DNA of 64,000 nucleotides from Alloascoidea hylecoeti (lineage: Eukaryota): positions 1,103,474-1,167,473 of the forward strand of contig BCKZ01000003.1 of assembly GCA_001600815.1 (NCBI GenBank), given 5' to 3'. Every line of letters starts with the position of its first letter. The first letter of the stretch is position 1. Of the stretch, positions 12,639 through 25,274 are shown piece by piece. The position numbers and the translations under genes were made by a program. The notes under the pieces were generated by a model that saw only the letters and a list, made by a program, of their open reading frames with translations, ran no database searches and was not told the origin of the DNA.

Positions 12639-13541
12639 ATGTCATTTGCTGCTCTTAAAACAGTTCTCACTTCAATTGTTTCTCCTAAAAAGGAAGATAA
12701 ACGGAAACAGAAGAATTCTCTCCTAGCACAATCTTCAAATGCCACTGTTTCTGCCTACGGATCCGTGGAATCAAGCAATTCTTCCACACTCACTGATGAT
12801 GTTGAAGCACAATCAATAGACTCCTCAAGCTCAAATCTCGATATCTTAGGAAAATCATTCTCTGTGGATCCAAGAGTTATGTCTGATGTAATCATTGGTC
12901 TCTCGGATGGCCTTACGGTGCCCTTTGCCTTAACTGCAGGGTTAAGTGGTTTGGGTGATACCAAACTTGTCATCACAGGTGGACTTGCCGAACTCGTTTC
13001 TGGTGCTATATCAATGGGTCTAGGTGGATTTTTAGCTGCTAAATCAGAATCTGAATACTACGTCTCTCAAGTTGCTAGTGAACGGGCAAATTTTAAGAAG
13101 GATCCTGAAGCTTTAGATCTTGAAGTTATGGATATTTTATCTTCTTATGATATTTCTGAACAAACAATTGGTTCTTTTGTCTCAGATCTTGAAAAATCTC
13201 CAGCTTCAATGATTGATTTTATAATTCGATTTGGTAAAGGTTTAGAAGAACCTGCTGAAGGTCGTCAGTTTACATCTGCTCTTACAATTGGTCTCTCTTA
13301 CTTCTTTGGTGGGTTTGTACCACTCCTACCATATTTCTTCACTGATTTGGTTCACACCGGTCTTTTAATCTCTTTACTTGTCATGGTTGTTACCCTATTT
13401 ATCTTCGGTTACATTAAAACTGTTGTCTCAATAGGCCCTGAATCCTCCACATCAAGCCGTGTCTACAGTGGGTTCCAGATGGTACTTGTTGGAGGCGCCG
13501 CGGCGGGGGCTGCTTGGGGTCTTGTTAAGTTAATTGAATGA
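12639..13541 (+). CDS. CCC1: Vacuolar Fe2+/Mn2+ transporter (VIT1/CCC1 family)
   Basis: SDVIIGLSDGLTVPFALTAGLS, ELVSGAISMGLGGFLAAKSE and C-terminal TM helices. First ATG is at 12639 (the track's GTG start is not used). Confidence 0.95.
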   Translation: MSFAALKTVLTSIVSPKKEDKRKQKNSLLAQSSNATVSAYGSVESSNSSTLTDDVEAQSIDSSSSNLDILGKSFSVDPRVMSDVIIGLSDGLTVPFALTAGLSGLGDTKLVITGGLAELVSGAISMGLGGFLAAKSESEYYVSQVASERANFKKDPEALDLEVMDILSSYDISEQTIGSFVSDLEKSPASMIDFIIRFGKGLEEPAEGRQFTSALTIGLSYFFGGFVPLLPYFFTDLVHTGLLISLLVMVVTLFIFGYIKTVVSIGPESSTSSRVYSGFQMVLVGGAAAGAAWGLVKLIE

Positions 13542-14690
13542 ACTAATATAACAACATGTGCACATGTTTTTTTCATGCTGAATTAGCTGGCATGATTGGT
13601 GCATCTTGGTTTCTACAATACAAAAAACATAAGATTATCCCAATTCTTGGCTGGAACAAAATATCATGATCATGTTTTATGTAACAATTGTTGATATATT
13701 TAAATTATCTATCCTTTTGCTTCACCCATGTTATTTTCTCCTTATTTCTAATGTTCCATTAATATTAATATATTTAATGAAGATTATTGCATTGCATATC
13801 TGAATCTCTAATAATTTTTGCGGAAATTTACGAAGATTTGAGCTCCCATAATAAGCATTCATCTCCCTCACTCGATCCTCTCTCTATTTTTTTTTTTCAC
13901 TTTATCTTTGTTATCATTTTAAGATTTGGTTTTTTGGCTTTTTACTATTTATTATTATTTATTATCATGTTTCAATCATTATTTCAATTGTTTACTATAT
14001 ATTTTTTTTGTACTTGTATATAAATCTTATAATTAGTTATATAAATTTAAAAATGGTAAACAATGATAAATTTCGATAATTCTATAATTACAATTACAAT
14101 TGATTAATTAAGCTCTCCATTATAATTATACTGGATTAATTATCATCAAATATCAATTTCAATGAGTAAAGATTTTGATTAATTTATGGCAATTGGCTAC
14201 CAATGTAATGAATTATACAATATGTCAATGACCCCTCTACCATATTAACGATTCTACTAATAACCTAGGTGTAATATTTATTGAGATTAAGATTAAGAAT
14301 TACTTGGAATCGTTAGATTTAAAGGTTTCAGATTGATTTAACAATGTAATTGTTGATAATTTGTTGTATAAAAATATTATAAATGAAGAATTTGCATAAA
14401 ATTATAATTAAATATGAAAAATCAATTGAAAATTCGATTATAATTTATGTAATTAACCAAAGAAAATGATAAGAACACGATTGATATTGAAAAAGTATGG
14501 CTTAAATATAATTAATCCAATCGATAATTGAATAATATACGAAGACGTCTCCAGTTTCTTTATCATATTCCTAGAATATAAGTATGTAAGTTCCGGTAGA
14601 GTCCCAATTGGGTATTCCATCAATATCTACACCCAGACACCCATGAATACGAAATTGAAATCAAATCTTCACAACTCATCGATAGGAAAA

Positions 14691-16136
14691 ATGGCTGACA
14701 TAGAAACAGAATCTATAGTTGAAAATGATCTTCATGATGAAGTACAAGATTGGAGAATCTTGAAATCCTTAGATGATAAGTAAGTTATTATTTTTTATGT
14801 TACAAATTAATTCATGCTAATATTTATATATTTTTTTTTAATTTTTCATAGAAAAGATTTTAATAAACCATTACCAAAAAGAGGTGAAAAAGATTTTGAA
14901 CCAGATGGAACTGGTGTACAACAAAATATTCTACAAGATAGTTTAAATGCAATGTTTGATGCACTTGAAGGTGAAAGAAAACATAGTGGGAAACAACATA
15001 TGGCTGCTACTTGGTATCCTAATTCAAATCAAGCTGTTATATCTTCTCCAAAAGGCCCTTTTTTCTCATCAATTGGTAGAATGGATTTTCAAAATCGAGT
15101 TTGTTTATATCCAGAAGAAATTTTATATCTTGTTGAAAGAGGGAATGTTGAATGTTTTTTAAATACTTCAATTGGTACTAATGAAGAATCACCTGAAGTA
15201 AATGGTATTCCAATGTCTTTACAACATTTATATAGTTCTGTTTTTTCCAAACCTGATGAAATTGATAAATATCATGTTTATTCATACTTGAAAAGATTGG
15301 GTTATTTGGTTGTAAGACCAGATAATAACCAACCGCTGTTGAAATTATCTAATATCTCAACTTCTAGACCTTCAAATAAATTAAATCCATTACGAACCAA
15401 TCTATCAAATTACCTAAAATCTACATTTTCTATATTTTCACACGTTTTAAATACAGTATTAAATTCATCAAATTATGCTTTAAATTCAACATTAACATAT
15501 ATGAAAACACAATCAATTTATAACTTATCATTACATCACTTTAAATTATTATATTCAAAATTCCTAAATATTATAACTCCATACTTAACAATATATATAT
15601 CAAAGATACAAAAATTAATATATAATTATCAATTAACTCCAAGATCATATCAAACTATTTATAAAAAAATGATACAAATTCCTTATTATAAACCATCAAC
15701 TCAATTACAAATTAATCCATTAATAATTCCAAAAATTACTTATAATGTTTATAAACCAACTCCACAATTTAAAAAATCAAATCCTGGTAAACCGGATTTT
15801 CAAATTATTGTTTTATCTTCTCGTGATACAAATATGTTGACTATAAATGAATTAAATCATTTATTTTCAATTTCAAATAATAAAAATTGTCAAAAACCAA
15901 TAAATGATAATGAAGATATTAAAAATTCAAAACCAAGGACACAATTTAATAAATTACAATTTGGTTATCAAACTATTATTTTAGCAATTGTTGATTTTGG
16001 AACTATTAGTTTTTATAGAGTTGGCGAAGTTTGTTTTGGTGATGAAAAGATTTATAATGATATTGGTAAAGATTTAAGAAAGGGGAAAAGAAAAGGAAAT
16101 ATTAATGGGAGGAATGGTCTTAAAGGTAAACCACGA

Positions 16137-16186
<50 letters not shown>

Positions 16187-16235
16187 GAACAAGAATCAAA
16201 ATCATAAAACAAATGTTCAGGAAGTTAAAAGTTGA
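14691..16235 (+). CDS. SEN54: tRNA splicing endonuclease subunit Sen54; exons 14691-14779 and 14852-16235
   Basis: Exon 1 MADIETES...DEVQDWRIL; intron GTAAGT...GCTAAT...TAG keeps frame; LPKRGEKDFEPDG, LYPEEILYLVERG, YSYLKRLGY, FKKSNPGKPDF, ILAIVDFG. Confidence 0.92.
16137..16184 (+). repeat. (AAT)16 microsatellite encoding poly-Asn in the SEN54 C-terminus
   Basis: Read directly from the sequence. Confidence 0.95.
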
Positions 16236-16559
16236 TTTTTATGTTGCTGTTACAATATATCATGATATGTGATTATATTGAAGCATTAAACACATATAAA
16301 TATTAATGAATTATGCATATGTATAGTAACAAAACTCTCTATTTAAGATTTTGGACCTTAGAAAGATGTGAAGTGAGTTGATGAATTAAGGCTCTAAAAA
16401 AGTTTGATTAATAATGATATACCGTATAGCATTGAAAATTTGAACCCGTGGTTTATGTTTTTAGACACCCCCCTCCAAAAATTTCCTTTTTTAAATCTTG
16501 GTTAATAGATCATAAAATGGCTCTTGGAGTTCCGTTAGGCAAAACTTTCAGGTAATTCT

Positions 16560-17290
16560 AATTATAAAGCGCATTTAAACCCAGCTAAGCCAATTAAAAT
16601 ATATATATGAGTAGAAAATGGATTCTCAATTGCTGAAATAATCAGAAGGCTTAATATTGCAAATTCAACTGGGTGGTTCATCGTAAATAAATACACTCCA
16701 ACAAATCACCTTCTCGATATTAAGCTTTGTATCTATTTCATAATCAGTTAACTTTGTATGTCGGGTATTCTCTATCACGAAACCATTCATCGGGATCCTA
16801 TGCTGTAATACATCCTATAGTTAGTTGATTGTATCGAAAATCTTGGATTATTTGACCAGTTTCAATGTTCCAGGATTTCACAGCATCAAATTCTCTACTA
16901 TACATAATATCATTATAAACGCAAATATCAATGATCCAACCTTCACCTTTTAAACGGTTAATTAAACTGTGGTCGACTTTATAAATTATTAAGACTTGAT
17001 TTCCAACCACGTAATTATTATTGCAACATACAACGTAACCATTGCATAAAACGACATTCCTTATGAATTTATAGAAATTAACTGTGTGTCTTGATAGCAT
17101 CAAACGATCTATTGGTTCAAAATCTGGCAATTTCCAAATTATACAAGAACCATCAGATTAACCAGAAACCAAATATTCATCATTAATATCAATGAATCTA
17201 ACACCACCTACATGAAACTTGATATCGTTATTTATTGTTAATTTCAATATTGCCGCTCCTGATAATTTCCTCTGTAACTTTGGTTCTCCT
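16560..17290 (-). pseudogene. WD40-repeat (F-box/WD-like) pseudogene fragment
   Basis: FHVGGVRFIDINDEYLVSG*SDGSCIIWKL (in-frame TAA at 17158-17160 inside a WD repeat), AVKSWNIETGQII, and further stops downstream. Confidence 0.7.
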
Positions 17291-17344
17291 AAAATTCTTA
17301 TTGTAGAACCTTCTGAACCAAAATCCAATTTCTAAAAAGTTATA

Positions 17345-18400
17345 CTATTACTAATGCTGAAGTATTACTCTGAGCAATTAAAACATGAGCATTGTCTATA
17401 TCAAAAACAAAGTAGGCAGCTGGGAGAAGGATATCACCAAGTATATAAGAAAATTATCTGGAGGTCCGAAAGTTTCAATGGTAACGCAGTTTAAAGTCAT
17501 TAGTTCGTTGATCGGATGGCAAGTGCAATTTGTTATGATTAAATCTTTATTATTATTACCTTCTATCCCAAAAGATTTCAATATTGGAGACAAAATAAAA
17601 AGAAGGTAAATAAATGGGATTAGTACCGGTATCCAAGAGAGCGTGTTGTCTAACTGGAACTGTATGCCCTTCAAAAGTAACGCGGTCTAACGAGATACCT
17701 AGATCTGCTTCTCTGGACAGCGGGAGAGAATATAAATCTCCAGTACATATAAATTACTATCAACTCCACCAAATATAATACTTCGTGAAGAAAATTCATC
17801 TGTGGAGTTCAAAAGAGAGAAAAAGCAGAATATTTTGTAACCCCAGATTCAACTAAAGCATGCTGATAAGTACGATAATGCACACTGCTTTCTATACCAC
17901 CCTCAAAATCAAACGAAAGACCCAAACTCCATATGACAAAGCAAATTTATGTGCTAATCCCAAGGTATAACTTTTAATTGTCTTTCCAGCAATGGTTATA
18001 TCATCTTTAAACCACTCGCTTGTTGCTGTATTCCCAGTTTCATATCCCTGATTAAAAAATACCCCAAAAATTATGTTGAAAAGTAGATTGCGATGCGTTA
18101 AAACCAACTGGTCTACAATCAGGGCAATTATAAGTAGTTGGTCCAACCTCTGAAGAAGGAACCCATGCACTTGAACCAGTATCTATATCAATTAGTTCTG
18201 TGAAGTCAGATATCTGGGCACAAAATTTCTGATTTGGTAGATGTAAAATTTCTCCATTTTACTTCCTGTGTAGCTTGGAGGTAGTAATCCCCAAAGACAA
18301 GTCCTGAAGAATCATTGCAGAATCAATGCAGATCCACATAGCATGAAGTTGTGATAAGTCGACAACCAACCCAAGTGCACCTTTCTGACGTTATGGAGTT
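17345..18400 (-). pseudogene. A1 aspartyl protease (yapsin/SAP-like) pseudogene
   Basis: Both catalytic motifs are present in different frames: IDIDTGSSAWVP (18172-18183) and LLDTGTNPIYLP (17622-17633). Also SEWFKDDITIAG and LGDILLPAAYFVFDIDNAHVLIAQ. Frameshifts and stops lie between them. Confidence 0.85.
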
Positions 18401-20437
18401 ACTTGATTGTTCTAAACCCCCCTAGGTAGTAGCTACAACCGTTTACACCAATTAAAACATCACATATGAAGTACCTTATATAAATGAATTTGTAAGTTTT
18501 TTCACCTGAATATTTAAAGGCTCATTGGATTTATGGTAATATCTATTTCACACCCCTAGGTCTCGATTCGTTATACGTGCTCCAAGATATATTTCCAATA
18601 CATAATTATAACTAAGTTCCGGTGCCGTTGGCTGTTAACTATGGGAAAAATTTTATACATGTGTGAATCAAATCACAATAATTTTATTACCCAATTACCC
18701 AATTCTTAATAGTCAATTAAGATACCATTTCATTGATTATAACTTAATTAGAGCATAAAAGTTTTATCTTCACGTTTCTTGAATGTCATTTTTTATAAAC
18801 CATTGCTTCACAATGTTCATCAGTCTCGAAAATAACACAAGCATAAATGTGTTTTCAGGACCTGAAAATTTGGAATTCCCTCGACTTATTATATACGCCA
18901 AAAATGATGAAGTCGGATTATATTACTTTACAATTCCTCAAAACTTGGTTATTCTAAAATATATCACCAAAATTTGTACAATATGCAGATACACAATCCG
19001 TTAGAAGACCAAGTGAAATGTTTCTCAAATGGATATCTTCACGATGCAATTATTTATCTTTGATTTCCCTTCATTTATCACATGCCAACTAAATATACTG
19101 GTTGTGTTGTAATTATAGCAAATAATGAAGTACAACATAATTCTGGTTGTTATATGCACATACTAGATTGCTACTTGACACTGGTAAACTAATTCAGTCA
19201 GTTTAAAATTTAGATACATATACATGTATATATTAGATTATGTATATTTTCCCTATAATAAATATGTAATCTTTATGTAACTTGAGCCACGGAATGCCTG
19301 TGGATGGCCAAGGAAGGTCGGTAAAAGATAGCTATTTAATGAGGTACCATTGGAAATCAAGGGTTATCTCATTATTATTGTGTTATAATTAAGAATTTAA
19401 GATTCATTACAACAATACCACGGCCATGGCCAATTTACTTATAATGTATGCACTATAGAGTCTATAGTACATAAATGTGCATACGGTAACACCCCAAATA
19501 CCCATTAGCAATAATTGAATCATTTCAAGCTAAAATAGACTCGCCACAGGATTAAAAACGGAGGTGTCAGAGAATTGTTGACTGGGTTAAATTTCACTAA
19601 CTCAGAATAGATTGTATATGAACCTAACAGTGTTTGGAGCTAATTTTCAAAATGAAAGGTGGTGTATGGGTGTAATACTCCAGAATACACTTCAATATGC
19701 ACATGTGTTGCGCGCGTTGCATGTGTCAATCAGGAACAGATTTCTTGAACCTGGTATTTGTTTAGGTCCCTTAAATAGGACTTCATGGTTGATAGCTATT
19801 TATATTATAGAAGTCTTTGTTTAAATAACTCCTCAAGGTAGAAAACTAAATGAAGAGACCTAGGATCTCAATATTTTATGCATACGGGTAGTTACGTAAT
19901 CTAACAAGATTCGATTGATTTTGAAACAGTTACGAGAATCTCAAACAAGTTTACTATTTTTTATTTTGTAGCAATAGTAATATAATGAACATTTAGAAAA
20001 GTAAATTAAATAAATTGTGTGCGTGCTAAATCATAATATAAAATTAGAAGATAAAATAAAGAAGTGATTAAAAAAATTAGGTAAAGATGAAAGCACACAA
20101 TTAACACAAACTCATGATTAGGAGGCCTAGGTCAAGAGTAAAGTGAGTGACCATAGATATCATTCAAAACAAGAAAAGTAATATAACGGTATTAACAAGT
20201 TAACAATTATTGGTAATGCTAAGAATATATCAAGATATAACAACTAACTAAACATTCAATTCAGAAGATAATATAAAAGTAAAAGTAAAATATAAAACTT
20301 TTTATTTTTTGAGTATATTTTTTGAGTAAAAAAATTCAGCCTTCCTTTCATAATACCATACATGATACGATATAAACAATGATGGTGTGATGAGCGTAAC
20401 ACGTAAACTTATGAAAAAACTATTCCGTTAGTTCTTT

Positions 20438-22102
20438 TTAACGTAATGAAAAACCTTTTCTTGATTTTGAATTTCTTTCTTCAGATAATCTAGCACTTTC
20501 CAATTGAGATTTTTTCTCTTCTAATAATCTTAATTGTTTAGTTAATTTATCCTTCATTTCTTTATGTCTAGCAAATAATTCAGCTTCAGATTTCTTTAAT
20601 TTAGCTTCCTTTTCAGCAACCTTTTGCTCAAAAACATTCTTCATTTCAGCTTCCATTTTAGTTAATTTAGCATTATGCAAAGATTTTTCTTCTTCTTGTC
20701 TTAAAGTAGGATCAAATTCACGGAAAACAGTATTATCTTGTTCAATACCTAATTTTTGTAATTTCTCCCTTCTATAATTTTCATATAAAACATTTGCAGT
20801 CTTTTCTCTTAATTCTTCCAAATAATTACGAATTAACATTTGTCTTAATTTAATAAAATCACAATGTTGTTCATTATCAACTTCAATTGTACCCCATGGG
20901 TAAGTTCTACCTCTAACAACTCTACCATCAGCGGTTTTAACTTCAGTTGTAGAACCAACAACAGCAAATGGAACTTTTTGAAAGATATCATTGTTTTCAG
21001 TAACAGTATCTTCATCATCATTATCATATTTAGGAGGTTGGAAGATATCAATTTCTTGAGCAGTAATATCATCTAAAATAGTACTTTTGAAGTTATTAAT
21101 TTCCTCATCAGTTAAAATATCAGATTTAGCAATGACTGGGATCAAATTAACTTTTTTATGTAAGGATTTCATTGCAGCTATATCTAATGGCTTAAGAGAG
21201 TGACCAGTTGGCTCAATAAAATAAACGCAAGCATGGATTCTATTATCAGTGACGGTAGTTCTATTAACTTTTGATTCAGCCTCCAAATATTCATCAAAAC
21301 GTTGCTCAATATTTTCAACAATTGGAGTCCAAGAATCTGTATTATTAATGAAATCACCAAATCCTGGAGTGTCAACGACAGTTAAGTGTAATCTAACGCC
21401 ATTTTCTTCTAAATTGGCAGAAACGGTTTCGATAACTACAGTTTTTGGTATTTCTTCGGCTGGATCACGGGGAGGCTTTGGTTCATATAGCGCCTGACCA
21501 AATAACGTATTTACCAGAGTAGATTTTCCCAGACCACTTTGTCCTTTAGAGAATGTTAGTAACTGAAGCAAAATGACATTATAATTAAGTTGTTTCCAGG
21601 ATAAGTTCCAAACTATAAGTTGCTACTAATCGCGTATTTTGAGTATTTTGAGTATTTTGAGTATTTTGGCTGGGACACAAAAAGCAACCTAGTAGAGATT
21701 CAACAAAACAAGATATTCAGTACTTACCAACAACCATTATATTTAAATTGAAGCCTCTTTTAATGGACTTTCGATGCCACTGATTTGGCAAGTTTGCAAA
21801 ACCCACATAACCATTTAACTTTTTGATGATAATTTTGGCTAATTCGGGGGATACCTGTGTTGATGATTGTCGTGGAATCGGGGAGGAAGTAGACGAGACT
21901 CTGTCAAAGTCCATTAATGGTGACTCGACTAAATAAATATATTAGTAAAAGATGTAGAAATAAAAATAGAGAGCGCTTATGACGAGGGTCGAGACGGGAC
22001 ATAAACATTTCACACCCCGGCTAATGACCGGCCGAAAGATCTGACACGACAAAAGCGGTCAGGGAGGGGAACGGGGGACGGGAACATACCGGAAGTAGAC
22101 AT
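20438..22102 (-). CDS. CDC3: Septin Cdc3; exons 22102-22090, 21928-21728 and 21543-20438
   Basis: [20 protein letters not shown]-loop [28 protein letters not shown]-terminal coiled coil ending RKGFSLR. Introns GTATGT..TACTAAT..TAG and GTAAGT..TACTAAC..AAG restore the frame. Confidence 0.93.
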
Positions 22103-22285
22103 TGGATTTATATTCTTCGAGAAGACGGGATGAAAAGACGAGAAGAAGGTTGGAGGAGGGAAGAAAAAGGGGAAACATGTTGGAATGTTTAAGACGCCGT
22201 AAATCACGTCACGTGTAGAAATTTGCTTACGTTATCTTGCCTCCTCTCAGATTTTATGGTTACTATGCTGAATTGCTAATACACA

Positions 22286-23500
22286 ATGAAAGATCTGGAA
22301 GTTTTACAGGCTGAAATCACCCGTTTGGACCAGAAAGGGTCCCTGGAAAAGTGTGTGGCCCAGGTTGACACTCTCATTGCCCAACTAGAGGCTATTTCCT
22401 CTCCTCAGGACTCTTCTCAAGAGTCTCAGAACACTCCTCAGCCAGATAAGACGATTGCCCAACTCCAATCCACCCTCTCCCAATTCCAAACAAATATCAC
22501 ATCTACACAGAAATCGATCCATTCGACTCATTCAAAATTCGGTAAACGTTTGGATAAATTATTCCATTCTGACTATAATACTTCTTATAACCCACATTCT
22601 TTCGATGAATCTTCAGATCATATAAATCGTGCTATAATAATGCATTTAATAAGAACTGGCCAAATTGATATAGCCCAACAACTAATGAAAGAATCAGATA
22701 TTGAAGTACCCCAAACTCTTTTATCCCAATTTAAACAAATGAATATAATTGTAAATGATATTTTAAAAGCTGATTTACATTTAGCAATATCATGGTGTGA
22801 AGAAAACACAAATTATTTATTATCCAAAGGTTCACAATTAGAATTTCAATTAAAACAACAAGAATTTTATAAAATTTTTAAATTAAATGGTGAATTAGAT
22901 GCTTATAATTATGCAAGAGATAATTTTTATAAAGTTGAAAATTTTGGTGTTGAAAAAATTGCAAAACTTATAACTTCAATTTTATATAATAATAACGATA
23001 ATGATAATGATGATTATGATCAAAATAATAATACAATAATTTCCAAAAATAAATGTGAAACAATTGCAAGATTATTTACACAAGAGTTTTGTTCCTTGGT
23101 TGGTCTATCACCTGAATCACCTTTATATTTGGCAACAACTGCTGGTCTTTTATCTCTTCCAACTTTATCTAAATATCATGATATTATGATAAATAAAAGA
23201 AAATCAATTCCTTCTAATAATACTTCTTATATTGGTGGGAATTCTTTTAATGGTGTTGATGAACTTTCTGTTGAATTACCACTTCCTTCTTCACTTATCT
23301 TTCATCCAATTTATGTTTGTCCTGTTACAAAAGAAGAAATTACAAAGGGAAATCCAGCAATGAGATTACCTTGTGGTCATATTGTTTCATTACAAGCTGT
23401 TAGAAATTTATCAAAGGGAAACTTAGGTTCAAGTTTTAAATGTCCTTATTGTCCTCAACATTGTTCTCATCAAGAATGTATGGAAGTTGTATTTGGATAA
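22286..23500 (+). CDS. RMD5: GID/CTLH complex RING E3 ligase subunit (LisH-CTLH-CRA-degenerate RING)
   Basis: INRAIIMHLIRTG (LisH), AISWCEEN...SQLEFQL (CTLH), FHPIYVCPVTKE...NPAMRLPCGHIVS...FKCPYCP. Confidence 0.9.
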   Translation: MKDLEVLQAEITRLDQKGSLEKCVAQVDTLIAQLEAISSPQDSSQESQNTPQPDKTIAQLQSTLSQFQTNITSTQKSIHSTHSKFGKRLDKLFHSDYNTSYNPHSFDESSDHINRAIIMHLIRTGQIDIAQQLMKESDIEVPQTLLSQFKQMNIIVNDILKADLHLAISWCEENTNYLLSKGSQLEFQLKQQEFYKIFKLNGELDAYNYARDNFYKVENFGVEKIAKLITSILYNNNDNDNDDYDQNNNTIISKNKCETIARLFTQEFCSLVGLSPESPLYLATTAGLLSLPTLSKYHDIMINKRKSIPSNNTSYIGGNSFNGVDELSVELPLPSSLIFHPIYVCPVTKEEITKGNPAMRLPCGHIVSLQAVRNLSKGNLGSSFKCPYCPQHCSHQECMEVVFG

Positions 23501-24329
23501 GGTGGTTAAGAGATTAAATATAGGTATAAGTTGATTTTGTTATAATTTATATATATATATATATATGAGGTTTTTTTTATAATTACATACGATAACTTAA
23601 CTAGATAATTGGAATACTAGAAAATTGATTGCTTAAACTTTGACCTACGAGTTATACATTATGGTACGTAGTTGCTATCATATAGTAAAGATGGAATAAT
23701 TTAGCGCTAGGAGACTTTTAATGGGAAGAAAAAGATACTTGCTAGAAAGGTGTATTTTTTTTAGGACAAAGCATATAAAATTAGATTAAGTAAGAATATA
23801 TAATAATTTATATGTGTGCCGTGGCTTTTCCCGTGGCTGTGATTGCATGTATTAGTTAGCTATCATATTGGGCACATGTTAGTCGTATGGGAAGATTGGG
23901 ACTACCATATTATTTGGTGGTTCCTTCATTTTCTCTGAAGTTGTTGTGATTGGAACTAGATCCCCCTTGGATTGTCCAATGAGATTCCGATTTGCCTATT
24001 TCAAATATTTGGGAAAAAATCACATATCACAAATCAGGATTCCTTCAGAACCTAAGGCACCTACCTGAAAAACAACAGCAAGGGGTGCCACAGAAAATGC
24101 ATTTAAGAATAGATGAGAAACCGATAAAAGTAATATCTGCATAGGGCGCAGATTTTGACAACCCAAAAGATACAGGAATCTCACCTAAGGTGGGGTAATT
24201 ACTTCAGGGAAGAGAATATAAGGTATATTCAACCTGGGAAATTCATCAGGTGCTAGGAATAGCACCTACAAGGTAGGAGCTAAATAAACAACTCGAAAAC
24301 TATTCATTCTTAACTGACGATTATATTCA

Positions 24330-24760
24330 CTTCATCTCGATATCTGTAGCTTAGGTGTATATTCTACGCTGTCATAACGCTAAGGGGAAATGGTTTGGTG
24401 TTTAAAATGAACTCACCACAATTGTACAACTCAGTAACTTTCCAGAAAATGTCGTACTCTTGTAAGCTCTGGATCTAACACACAATTGCAAGAACTCGTA
24501 ATATGATCAACCAATTGTCCTTTAACTCATACACAGAGCTTTTATGTCACTCAAGCCAGGTAGAAAAGTCAATCAAACAAATCCAGTCAGTCAAAATATT
24601 ACATTGGTTTCTTTTTAGCAAAAGTGGTAATTGTTTTACTAAAAGAATAAAATCTATTGAAGCACTTCTTTCCCGGAACTTTCTACTAAAAACACTAAGG
24701 ATTTCGCCATCAGCACGACAATTGCAATTGCAACACAGTAGTGATCAAATGGATGGCATT
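24330..24760 (-). mobile_element. Decayed pogo/Fot1 transposase fragment
   Basis: With frameshifts: ..CRADGEILSV/FLVESSGKEV.., DFSTWLE and DNWLIIL, matching the order of DDE_1 motifs (cI.adG..lpp.iifkgk; f..Wl; rlLilD). Confidence 0.4.
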
Positions 24761-25274
24761 ATTTAGAGCTAGCTCTAGTGATAGTGTGAGTCTCAGTGAG
24801 ATATACTATGCATAGTGCCGGTTTATAGTGACTTTATACTATTTAGTTTAGATGTGTGTATGAGAGATATGCATATACGGAGGATAACGAATGACTATAA
24901 AAGTCTATAATATAGGGATATGCATATATCTACGGAACCTTCGATTGATTAACTATATTAAAATGGACATACTAAAATTTCGTATGAGACAAAGAAAATC
25001 TAACAAGGGCCCGAGCTTTAGATCTAACCATAGCCTTTGGAATGTGATGGAGTTGAAAGGTCAAATTTTACGTGTAAGCTTGCAAATTACAATATTACAT
25101 TGAGGCCAAATTTGTCGATCCCTGATTATTTAAGATATAGGGAACGAGGCTACAGTGTATATCCCCAAACTTACACTATTATATGTTATATATACTTTCT
25201 AGCTATGTGTACCCCTGATTATGCTATTGTTGGTAGTTACACTATGTATGCATTATCAATTTATCATGCTCATT

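Noticed and set aside
21634..21668. (GTATTTTGA)~4 tandem repeat in CDC3 intron 2
   Set aside because: Ordinary slippage minisatellite.
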